From Thermoproteota archaeon (GTDB lineage Archaea > Korarchaeota > Korarchaeia > Korarchaeales > Korarchaeaceae): a stretch of DNA of 64,000 bases. The notes below the pieces were generated by a model. That model saw only the letters and a list, made by a program, of their open reading frames with translations, searched no databases and was not told the origin of the DNA. The translations under genes and the position numbers were made by a program. Positions 50,248 through 63,624 of the stretch are shown in pieces (position 1 is the first letter of the stretch; each line of letters starts with the position of its first letter). Location of the stretch: assembly GCA_027491735.1 (NCBI GenBank), contig JAOZGP010000006.1:1-64000 (forward strand). The letters are read 5' to 3'.

Positions 50248-53200
50248 CTTCTCTCCCCCAACTTATATTCTTGTGGTCAACTTTACTTCCCAACATAGAT
50301 CCTTTCAATCCTCTTTACATTGAGACAAATAAGCTTTTAAAGAGTATAAAAGTATTTCGCAAGTATCTTTCAATCCTCTTTACATTGAGACTTTGTCTGG
50401 CTTTGTTAACCCCCTTCAACTAGGCATGTCTTTCAATCCTCTTTACATTGAGACCTGAAGATCGACGGCGTTGATACAGGCGCCGTTGTCAACTTTCAAT
50501 CCTCTTTACATTGAGACTTGGAGGAGGTGAAACAGCCAGATGACATCCAATTTTGACTTTCAATCCTCTTTACATTGAGACGACATCGTCAAGCCACTTC
50601 AACAGGCTCTCGGCTGGGTCTCTTTCAATCCTCTTTACATTGAGACTAGCACTTCTCCACGAGCTTTTTGGGGAAACATTGGATTTCTTTCAATCCTCTT
50701 TACATTGAGACGAAGATGCTTACCTTCCACGTGGGTGGAAGGTAAGCTACTTTCAATCCTCTTTACATTGAGACCTACCGTTTACAGCGACGTGGATGGA
50801 ACCTTATACGTCTTTCAATCCTCTTTACATTGAGACCTCCGTGGGTTTTACCCTGGACGAGCTCTTTCCAATCTTTCAATCCTCTTTACATTGAGACGCA
50901 GCTAAGGTCCAGCAGGCCATTTCGAAGAAGAGAAGGACTTTCAATCCTCTTTACATTGAGACTTAGCAGTGAAAGACCGAGTTATACAACGTGCATCTCT
51001 CACCTTTCAATCCTCTTTACATTGAGACCGGGAACGAGCTGGAAGTTGATTGAACTTAGACCCTACACCTTTCAATCCTCTTTACATTGAGACAGCGGGC
51101 CCAATTCCCTTTTCCTGTTCAAAAGGGCTGTCTTTCAATCCTCTTTACATTGAGACCCATTGACAACAGGGTTAAGCCTGTCGTAGCGGCCTTAGCTTTC
51201 AATCCTCTTTACATTGAGACCTAGACCATGTCACATTAGCATATATCGTATCTATTGGACTTTCAATCCTCTTTACATTGAGACTACATTTATAGTATTC
51301 TTTCTAATAACAGATTATATGATCTTTCAATCCTCTTTACATTGAGACGATATCTGCATCCTTCTCTTTCTCTTCTTCTACAACTATAAACTTTCAATCC
51401 TCTTTACATTGAGACTTTGATCCAAGGAGCGATTTTCCGTGCTATGCTGTCATCCTTTCAATCCTCTTTACATTGAGACCGAGTTCCGCAGCAGGTACCC
51501 AACAGCGAGTGAAGCAACTTTCAATCCTCTTTACATTGAGACATGTTGTTGTACCTCCGCAGGGTGGCCTCCATGCGGTAACTTTCAATCCTCTTTACAT
51601 TGAGACCCAGCTCTTGGCATGAACTAAACAACAAGGTAGAAAGCTTTCAATCCTCTTTACATTGAGACAAACTCCAGAGGAGGAGGAGAAGGAGAGGAGG
51701 AGAACTTTCAATCCTCTTTACATTGAGACTTTCAGAGAATAAACTGTCTTACTATGAAGTAGAGTCAACTTTCAATCCTCTTTACATTGAGACCGTTCTC
51801 GCTGCTAGAACCATACCTTAAAGCACTCTCCGCTTTCAATCCTCTTTACATTGAGACAGCTTGGATGCAGTGAGAGTCAAGCGAGGAATCTTCTTCTTTC
51901 AATCCTCTTTACATTGAGACTTGGAGACCATATCAGGCAGCAAAGCTTGTCCTATTAAGCACTTTCAATCCTCTTTACATTGAGACGAGCAACCTGGCGC
52001 CGAACCCGGCTCTCAGCTCTATCCCTTTCAATCCTCTTTACATTGAGACATTGAGACAGTGGTTATACCGCGAAACTATACCTGCTGGCACTTTCAATCC
52101 TCTTTACATTGAGACCTGCTGAAGGAGATACTGCCTTCTCCTCTTTTTCATCTCTTTCAATCCTCTTTACATTGAGACTCAAAGTCGAAGCCATTGTGCC
52201 ACACGGGATCCACTTCTCCTTTCAATCCTCTTTACATTGAGACAGAGAGAGGAGCTATTCTGTCTCAGGAAAGGACTGGAACTTTCAATCCTCTTTACAT
52301 TGAGACTCTCGACAGCTTGCCTGTCCACCTCGGCTGTTGCGTTGCCTTTCAATCCTCTTTACATTGAGACCATGGGACTCACTGACTTCGACATCTTCCA
52401 AATAGACTTCTTTCAATCCTCTTTACATTGAGACATTTAAGTGTGTGCATAAAATAGTAGGGTGAGAAAATGGCTTTCAATCCTCTTTACATTGAGACCT
52501 AGGAACTTAGCACGGAATTCTACTAGAACCGGTAAAGCTTTCAATCCTCTTTACATTGAGACCTCCTGATAGCCAACCAACCACACCCTTGTATACATCC
52601 TCTTTCAATCCTCTTTACATTGAGACTTCGAACCCAATCACTATGGACCTCAATAAAGCCGAAATCCCTTTCAATCCTCTTTACATTGAGACAACAATGT
52701 CTACCGGTGGAAGGATGGGGACGCACATAAACTTTCAATCCTCTTTACATTGAGACCCAGTCCTCGAGCTCCATCTTCACCTCCTTGATCTTTTCTTTCA
52801 ATCCTCTTTACATTGAGACAGACTGGCACAATGGCTTCGACTTTGAGACCTGACTCTCCTTTCAATCCTCTTTACATTGAGACCTGCGTGGAGATGAACT
52901 CCTCGAGGATGCCCGGCTTCCGGCCGGGTGGAATGTGCTTTCAATCCTCTTTACATTGAGACCAGAAATGGGGAAATAAAACTTGAGTTTCATGAAGGCA
53001 ACTTTCAATCCTCTTTACATTGAGACATAAAATAGAGGAGAGATCATTTTCAGAAGAAGATATAAGACTTTCAATCCTCTTTACATTGAGACTTACGAAA
53101 AAAAGGATATAGATTTACTCTACGAAAGCGGCTTTCAATCCTCTTTACATTGAGACTAATTACGCTAATGTAAAAGGAAAGGAGCTTGCTCTTACCTTTC

Positions 53201-56200
53201 AATCCTCTTTACATTGAGACTGGGGTACTTATGACCCCGAGACCTCTTGTCGTTTTAGCTTTCAATCCTCTTTACATTGAGACGTATGTTAAGAAGAATC
53301 TGGTAGTCTGCTAAGTTCAGGTCTTTCAATCCTCTTTACATTGAGACTTTTGTTATAATACATCTTTTAAACAACTATTACTGGATCTTTCAATCCTCTT
53401 TACATTGAGACCTCTCAGCGTGGAGATTTCGTTTATCTCCGCAATTTCAGCTTTCAATCCTCTTTACATTGAGACCTATGCTTGGATGAGATCTCTCCCA
53501 AAAAGAGGGATTTTCTTTCAATCCTCTTTACATTGAGACTTAGAACTGGCGGCTTAAGTAAGTTTAAGAGATCAAATCTTTCAATCCTCTTTACATTGAG
53601 ACCCGTGGGCGCCTGGTCGAGGTAGTGTGGGAGGACTATGAACTTTCAATCCTCTTTACATTGAGACTTCAACGAGCCATATTTCTGTATCGAGCTGCCT
53701 GCTATCTTTCAATCCTCTTTACATTGAGACCATGAAGAAATCCAGGCATAATCACGCTCCAACATTTAGCTTTCAATCCTCTTTACATTGAGACTTAAAG
53801 TTTGGAGGGATGGCGATGACTGAGGAAAACTTCCCTTTCAATCCTCTTTACATTGAGACAAAACATTATACTACATCGGAGGCGCTGAGGGAGTTATAGC
53901 TTTCAATCCTCTTTACATTGAGACTGAACTACTACTACAGGGAGATCATGGCTAAAGGGTCTTTCCTTTCAATCCTCTTTACATTGAGACCTTCCATTCC
54001 TGAGCACCAGAACGAGTACATTCAGGATCTTTCAATCCTCTTTACATTGAGACCTAAACACCCTGCTGTGGTCAGGAGATGGGAGCTATTCCTTTCAATC
54101 CTCTTTACATTGAGACCAAAGAGGTAAGATGGGCCCCATGACGGAGAGTATATTCTTTCAATCCTCTTTACATTGAGACTGAAGGTGTGTCCCCGATGCG
54201 AAAAAGTCTACAGTTACATCTTTCAATCCTCTTTACATTGAGACAGACTGAAGGTACTCGCTGTAGTATCTTGCCTTCTTTTCCCTTTCAATCCTCTTTA
54301 CATTGAGACGGACATAACCGACTTCATCCAGAACCTGCCCTCCGAGATCTTTCAATCCTCTTTACATTGAGACTACCTCTAACAGTAATGGCCATAGTCC
54401 TCGGTATTATCGCTTTCAATCCTCTTTACATTGAGACATTACGTTTACATCGCTCAAATTGAAAACACCATATAACTTTCAATCCTCTTTACATTGAGAC
54501 CTCTAATTTCAACATCAGTAAGACCATACGACGAGAACTTTCAATCCTCTTTACATTGAGACGGCCACAGCACCTCCACTATTTTGCCAAACAGAGCGTT
54601 TCTTTCAATCCTCTTTACATTGAGACCAGACCAACTCACCGTATTCAGGCACCGGGGGATCGCACTTTCAATCCTCTTTACATTGAGACGGTGAGAAGCT
54701 GTGGTCCGATTGGGGCCAGCCAATGCGCTTTCAATCCTCTTTACATTGAGACATAAGTCCCTTGGAGAGAGGTCAGGTTGAACCATACATCTTTCAATCC
54801 TCTTTACATTGAGACATGGCACTATACATGATTGTAATGCTCTTTGCTATTTACTCTTTCAATCCTCTTTACATTGAGACCTTAAAAACATAGTGCTTGA
54901 TAACATACGAGAAATAGACTTTCAATCCTCTTTACATTGAGACATTCTCCGCAAGGCCCTGACGAAGGGCCTACCACAGCCCTTTCAATCCTCTTTACAT
55001 TGAGACTTTCCCTTACTGTTGGGATCTCGACGGGGAAGACATCCCCTTTCAATCCTCTTTACATTGAGACAAATCTTAGGGGAAAGAGTGAGCGCTAGCT
55101 GGGGGGTATACTTTCAATCCTCTTTACATTGAGACGAGATGTCACGGGTTCTGTTCAAAGAACCCAGAGCGTTCCCTTTCAATCCTCTTTACATTGAGAC
55201 ACACTAGTTTCCTTCCCTTGTGCGTCATTAAAGAACGTTCTTTCAATCCTCTTTACATTGAGACAGATCGACATCGAGCCAGTTACCTTTTCTGTCCCCC
55301 CTTTCAATCCTCTTTACATTGAGACAAGGAGCCAGTGAGGATATGGCTTGAAAAGAACATTATCTTTCAATCCTCTTTACATTGAGACGCACCGTTTTTC
55401 GAAACTTCAGACATAGTCGATCTTATCTTTCAATCCTCTTTACATTGAGACCTACCTGTGGGTCGGTAGGAGGGAATAGTCCCGAGGACCTTTCAATCCT
55501 CTTTACATTGAGACTAATGTACTGTATTGGAACGCTACCGTTCACGAGAGCGTTCTTTCAATCCTCTTTACATTGAGACTCGACCCCCTCGTTAAGCTGA
55601 GGAGGGGGTGGCTCGTCAACTTTCAATCCTCTTTACATTGAGACTAGTGGAACATGGGGTAGCTATGATCCCGAAACCGACACTTTCAATCCTCTTTACA
55701 TTGAGACTTACTTCCCGCGGGGAAGTGAATACCTTTCATGTCGCATTCTTTCAATCCTCTTTACATTGAGACGTGCCCTACAGGGGGAAAGCTGGCGTAG
55801 AAGTGAGCAAAGCTTTCAATCCTCTTTACATTGAGACTCATTTTGAGGTAATGCAAGCACTTGCCCCTAGGCCACTCTTTCAATCCTCTTTACATTGAGA
55901 CATACCGTGAAATTGAGAACAAATACAAACAGCTCTATTTCTTTCAATCCTCTTTACATTGAGACTCCGGGGAGCTTGCTGAGGTTGTCTGGGAGGACTA
56001 TAACTTTCAATCCTCTTTACATTGAGACGTTAACTTCGTCCCAGCTTTTGGCCGAGATGTGAGTTTCCCTTTCAATCCTCTTTACATTGAGACCAATGTT
56101 GCTATTAGATATTATGTAGTCTATTGCTTTAGATCTTTCAATCCTCTTTACATTGAGACAGAAACAAGATGCCACTCTGCCGTGGACACCGCTAAGATCT

Positions 56201-58909
56201 TTCAATCCTCTTTACATTGAGACGGGTACATACGGTTCCTCCTGGCAAGGCTCAGCTCTCTGCTCTTTCAATCCTCTTTACATTGAGACTAGCGTATCCC
56301 CTTCTTATACTAAAGGCGGTGGAGGATGACTTTCAATCCTCTTTACATTGAGACTAGCACATCTTCCCAGTTTATGCTATCCATCTTCTCACTACTTTCA
56401 ATCCTCTTTACATTGAGACAAAGTACAAGATTGGCCTTTTAACATTACAGGAAGCTGTCTTTCAATCCTCTTTACATTGAGACACCACATATGGCAATTC
56501 GTGTGGGGGCAGCAGGTTCGTCTTTCAATCCTCTTTACATTGAGACGTTTTGACTTTGACCATCGTCAATCGCTTAAAATAGCCTTTCAATCCTCTTTAC
56601 ATTGAGACTTTTAGATTATAGGCTTCAGATCCTCCTTCTTTATCTCCTTTCAATCCTCTTTACATTGAGACGAAGAAATAAAAAACAAAACGGCCGTTGG
56701 GGGCTTCCCAATCTTTCAATCCTCTTTACATTGAGACATGTCCCTCTTCCAATCCTCCAAAGTATAAGCTGAAAGTCTTTCAATCCTCTTTACATTGAGA
56801 CTTGAGGAGAGCCTACGTAAGGGGGCTAAAGGACATTAACTTTCAATCCTCTTTACATTGAGACAAACGGCCAACCCGCCGTATTCAGGCGGTAGAAGAA
56901 AAACTTTCAATCCTCTTTACATTGAGACAAGAGGAGATCAGCTCGTCTTTTGTGTAGTTAGAAATTCTTTCAATCCTCTTTACATTGAGACCGAGGATGC
57001 CCGTCTCCCGAGAGGCTGGAACATAGGGTACTTTCAATCCTCTTTACATTGAGACAAAATAAGTAAAAAGATATATGAGACTAGCGAAAAAGGAAACTTT
57101 CAATCCTCTTTACATTGAGACGTAAGATTTATATATGGCCAAAACACTAATATACTATTGGCTTTCAATCCTCTTTACATTGAGACTTCCAATAAAATAC
57201 ATTGAAGAGCTCACAGAGTATTTTAACTTTCAATCCTCTTTACATTGAGACGTTGCTCCACCTTCCTTATATAACAGCTTCGCTATTAACTTTCAATCCT
57301 CTTTACATTGAGACTAAGTGTGTGCATAAAATAAGTAGGTGGTGAAAACATGACTTTCAATCCTCTTTACATTGAGACTTACTGGCAGGGCTTTCTCTTT
57401 AGGGAGGGGAAGTGAAAACTTTCAATCCTCTTTACATTGAGACCTCCAGCTTATACCCCTTAGCTCAAGGCAAAAGCAGGACTGCTTTCAATCCTCTTTA
57501 CATTGAGACATAAAACCCAAGAAGCTCTGATCTAATTTTTTATTTTTCTTTCAATCCTCTTTACATTGAGACTGAACAAATATATTAAATCGGACACACT
57601 AAACTACATCTTTCAATCCTCTTTACATTGAGACCAGTTACCTTTTCTGTCCCCCGCTCCGCGGGGGTAGAGACTTTCAATCCTCTTTACATTGAGACAC
57701 CTCCATTTACTGCCCACAGCCTGTCATGGGAAGGAGCCTTTCAATCCTCTTTACATTGAGACTCGCTGAAGTGCCTAATGTACTTCAGCCAAGTTAAGAG
57801 CCTTTCAATCCTCTTTACATTGAGACCCAACGAAACTATCTGGATTTACAAAGATATCTTTTACACTTTCAATCCTCTTTACATTGAGACAATTGGAGAG
57901 GAAATAAAATACCTTAAGGACCTCTTCACTTTCAATCCTCTTTACATTGAGACATTCGTTTTGTTGAGAAAGAAATAGGAGAGGAAGAAGGCTTTCAATC
58001 CTCTTTACATTGAGACCGACATTTAAGGTAGGAGACATAGACCCGCTCTCGATATCTTTCAATCCTCTTTACATTGAGACAGGTCCCATAGCCGGCATCA
58101 ATGGATCAACATTGCTGGCTTTCAATCCTCTTTACATTGAGACTTCCATAAGTATAGTGCATTAGGCCAAAGATCGCTGAAGCTTTCAATCCTCTTTACA
58201 TTGAGACAAAAATAAGCGAAGGAAGAAAAGTATTTTCTAAAACACTCTTTCAATCCTCTTTACATTGAGACAGACGATGACTGAGCAAAACTCTTCTTCT
58301 CCTTTTTCTTTCTTTCAATCCTCTTTACATTGAGACATACTCTACCTTCACGGAAAAACAAAAGATGTTTGGGGTCTTTCAATCCTCTTTACATTGAGAC
58401 CTGAGGATTGAGGCAGGACTGGACTCAAACACTTTGGGCTTTCAATCCTCTTTACATTGAGACCGTAGCAATTCTTCCCCTTGAGGACGAGAGGTTCAAA
58501 TCCCTTTCAATCCTCTTTACATTGAGACAAAATTTTGAAATGCCATGCAACTAATTTACCCACTGCACTTTCAATCCTCTTTACATTGAGACAAAAAGTA
58601 AACTTCTTATTTCTCCTGCCTCCTTTTTTCTTTCAATCCTCTTTACATTGAGACTGAAGAACAAGGTTCAGAGCTTCTTAAGGGAAATACACTTTCAATC
58701 CTCTTTACATTGAGACTAAGATGAAGACACAAAAGCACGGGTGAAAAAATGGGAGCTTTCAATCCTCTTTACATTGAGACATCTCTATGAGTGGTGGCCA
58801 GGACAATACCTCATATACGCTTTCAATCCTCTTTACATTGAGACTTAGAGCATAACCCAGAAAGGGTTAGTAAAGGACATGCAGCTTTCAATCCTCTTTA
58901 CATTGAGAC

Positions 58910-59190
58910 ATATAGTACTCTAACAATTATCAAGCTGATTTCATGACTCTTCTGTCCCTTTACTCTTACATCGAAACTAACAAAAACTTTACGTAGAAAG
59001 ACTTATTTGTGATTAGCTGTTTGTTCGAGTAAAAACTTTTGTATGACCAAATCATCTACTTCGAAAGAGGGAAAAGATGCTTAGGATGTTCGAGTCTAAT
59101 TCATCACATAATACTTTATTTTTGGTAAATACACACGTCAGGAGCCCACAAATTTCATTAAAAGATTCGTCCTTCAGTTGGTGGGAGCTG
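58910..59190 (-). promoter_or_regulatory. CRISPR leader / divergent cas1 promoter region
   Basis: AT-rich non-repeat region between the last repeat and cas1. Confidence 0.7.
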
Positions 59191-59193
59191 TCT

Positions 59194-61373
<2,180 letters not shown>

Positions 61374-61399
<26 letters not shown>

Positions 61400-61916
61400 A
61401 GAGGTTGAGGAATACTTCTTCTGCCCGATGCTATTCTACTACAAAAACTTTCTCGGAATGGAGAGGCCTAAGGGCCTCTGGTCCGATCTCGGCAGAGAGA
61501 TACAGGAAGAGATCTCGAAGTTTGTTAGGAGCAAGTTCAAGGTTGTGGACAGTCAGGTACTCCTCAAGAGCGAGAGACTTGGCGTTGTCGGTAAAGTAGA
61601 CTTCCTAGTTGAGGTTGATGGTAAGGTGCTCCCTCTGGAGATCAAGTACAGCAGAAGGATGAGACCCTGGTGGAGGTACACACTGGTCCTCTACGGGATG
61701 CTTCTCGAGGATCTGATAAAGAGACCCGTGAAGTCCGGTTTCCTTCTCCTGAAGAAAAGGATCCTCAGAATCGACTTCAGAGATGAAGACAGGAGGTATG
61801 TCACGCAAGCAATAGAGAAGTGCAGGAGGATAATGAATGGTGACGTTCTACGATCCTTCACCTCTAGGAGCTGTGAGAACTGTGACTTCAGGTCAATGTG
61901 CCTCGATATCAGCTGA
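61374..61916 (+). CDS. cas4: CRISPR-associated Cas4
   Basis: EYFFCP, GKVD, PLEIK, C-terminal CENCDFRSMC Fe-S cysteines. Confidence 0.93.
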
Positions 61917-62820
61917 CAACCTTGTACCACCCAAAGCCAAAGCTACTCCTCTTTCCCACATGAGATAACTGACAGAAGGCCAGAGATTTCCTGATCCATG
62001 AGGTGGGTGCTCCAGAGCAGACCATATCTCCCAAGAGAAAAACTTGTTCTTCCCCCTTATACCTGAACCGTACCTCCCTTAACGAGCTCTCGATGATCTT
62101 GATCCTCTCAGCGCTCTTGAGAACCTCCTCAGCGTTAAACCCCGGCTCTTTCATGAGGTACTGATGATATATTGCTGAGAGCTTCCTCGACATGAAGGAC
62201 ATCAGATCTCTGAAGCTTGGATCTCTTAGAAGCCGCCCTTCTCTGATTAACCTGAAGGGAGTCAGGAACCTCAACATGAACATCCTTCCAATTCTGATCG
62301 AGAGATCTCTCTCTGAGATCCAGCTCCTCGTTTTGTACATTTTTCCATTTTCATAAAATATTTCTCTCTCTCGTCTGAATGGGTTCTCAACAGCAACTCT
62401 CCTCAGGACAAGCCTCCCCTTCTTCCCCTTCACACCAAGACCATGCCTGCACATGTCCTTCACGGCCATGAACAGGGGGTTCTCGAAGGAGACAGCATCT
62501 CCAAAGAGAACTAGGGAGAAGGTGAGTGAATCTCCCTCGGAGAAGTCCATCTCTGATGTGAGAGGGGGTTTTATCACGTAAGGTTTTGTAAAACCACTTA
62601 TCTTCTTGAGAACCAGGCCCTTGGATGGGGTCTTATAGAGGTAGCCGTAAGGGCACCTGAAGATCATTGAACATAGATCGCACTTTCCATCCTCCCTCAG
62701 ACAGAACTTCCTCTTCAGGTGGAGTCCTATGACCCCCCTGATGAGGTTCCCCTTCCAGGGTGGGAGAGTGGCCCTCTCCTCGAACTCAATTTCGAATTTA
62801 TAAAACCTACATATCCTCAA
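61909..62820 (-). CDS. cas6: CRISPR pre-crRNA endoribonuclease Cas6
   Basis: GNLIRGVIG, Cys cluster, FLTPFRL, C-terminal G-loop HVGKRSSFGFG. Confidence 0.9.
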   Translation of the reverse strand: MRICRFYKFEIEFEERATLPPWKGNLIRGVIGLHLKRKFCLREDGKCDLCSMIFRCPYGYLYKTPSKGLVLKKISGFTKPYVIKPPLTSEMDFSEGDSLTFSLVLFGDAVSFENPLFMAVKDMCRHGLGVKGKKGRLVLRRVAVENPFRREREIFYENGKMYKTRSWISERDLSIRIGRMFMLRFLTPFRLIREGRLLRDPSFRDLMSFMSRKLSAIYHQYLMKEPGFNAEEVLKSAERIKIIESSLREVRFRYKGEEQVFLLGDMVCSGAPTSWIRKSLAFCQLSHVGKRSSFGFGWYKVVS

Positions 62821-62910
62821 GTCCCCACCCTGCTCAGTTCTGAATCAGGATCTTAAATAATTACATGATGCCCTGTGGACCATCTGTTTCTATGTCTTGG
62901 ATACCAATTC

Positions 62911-63624
62911 TCAGGCTTGTGTGTCAGCTATGATGTCTGAGCAGTGAGTCCGTGCGCAGATAAGAACCTTGAGGAAGTCCTCCACAACACTACCGAAAAC
63001 TGTATGAGTACTTCGATTTTTTGAACCTTCATAATCACAAATAACTGCTATGAGCAGGAGTCGTAGGGCTTTCTTGGCAAAACTTCCATGAAATGCATGC
63101 CAAATCTCGCTAATTATATCTTTTACCTTTTCTGCTGCAGCATTCATGTCAAGATTTTTTAGCACATCGACAACGTTTAACACGCATCTCTTATCAGCAT
63201 AATTTTCTAGGATTTCAGCTAATTCGTGCAGAACTTCATCGTTTATTCTTATTTGGATTTTCTTAAGCTTTTCCAATCTATTTTTCATTTTCATCGCGTG
63301 ATGATGAAATATTATTGGAAATAAATATAGCAATTCTTGCTCCTGCACTCTCTTTTCATAAACATTGATGAATTCTTCCTCAAACACCTTCCAGAAAACG
63401 TAGGCTGATACAAATTCATGTCCCGGGAAGCTAAGCTCATCGCTATCTTTCTGATAGACTACTTTTCCTATATCGTGAAAGACTATAACCCTCTCAACGA
63501 ACACTTCATCGAATTCATCGAGCCATAGCTTAGTTTTCTTAATCTCACTCAATGCCTTCAAGCATTCATCTATATGCTCCTCAAGTGTCTGACTTTTATC
63601 ACCTTTCTTAAAGGCGTAGATCAT
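62911..63624 (-). CDS. cas3'': Cas3'' HD nuclease
   Basis: TLEEH, FHDIGK, GHEFVS, FHHHAM, CDYEGS. Confidence 0.88.
   Translation of the reverse strand: MIYAFKKGDKSQTLEEHIDECLKALSEIKKTKLWLDEFDEVFVERVIVFHDIGKVVYQKDSDELSFPGHEFVSAYVFWKVFEEEFINVYEKRVQEQELLYLFPIIFHHHAMKMKNRLEKLKKIQIRINDEVLHELAEILENYADKRCVLNVVDVLKNLDMNAAAEKVKDIISEIWHAFHGSFAKKALRLLLIAVICDYEGSKNRSTHTVFGSVVEDFLKVLICARTHCSDIIADTQA

Larger units (their letters stand above)
49779..58909 (-). CRISPR. CRISPR array, about 136 identical 25-bp repeats (minus strand GTCTCAATGTAAAGAGGATTGAAAG), spacers mostly 36-42 bp, plus one of 54 bp and one of 498 bp
   Basis: CTTTCAATCCTCTTTACATTGAGAC at 49779, then about every 64 bp from 50302 to 58885 (135 by manual count). 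Orientation inferred from the ATTGAAAG 3' end and the AT-rich leader next to cas1. Confidence 0.99.

Noticed and set aside
49804-50301. Giant spacer as an IS, MITE or casposon insertion
   Set aside because: No terminal inverted repeats, no transposase, and no target duplication other than the repeat.
57379-57389. Spacer start TTACTGGCAGG also found at the pseudogene junction (about 26743)
   Set aside because: Only 11 nt, expected by chance. I saw no full self-targeting spacer in the window by eye.
50302-58909. Short track ORFs containing LSILFTLR, FNPLYIET or LNVKRIE
   Set aside because: These are translations of the CRISPR repeat in different frames, not genes.
59077-59193. N-terminal extension of Cas1 in the ORF track
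   Set aside because: It runs through the AT-rich leader. An SD-like GGTGGGAG precedes GTG 59194.
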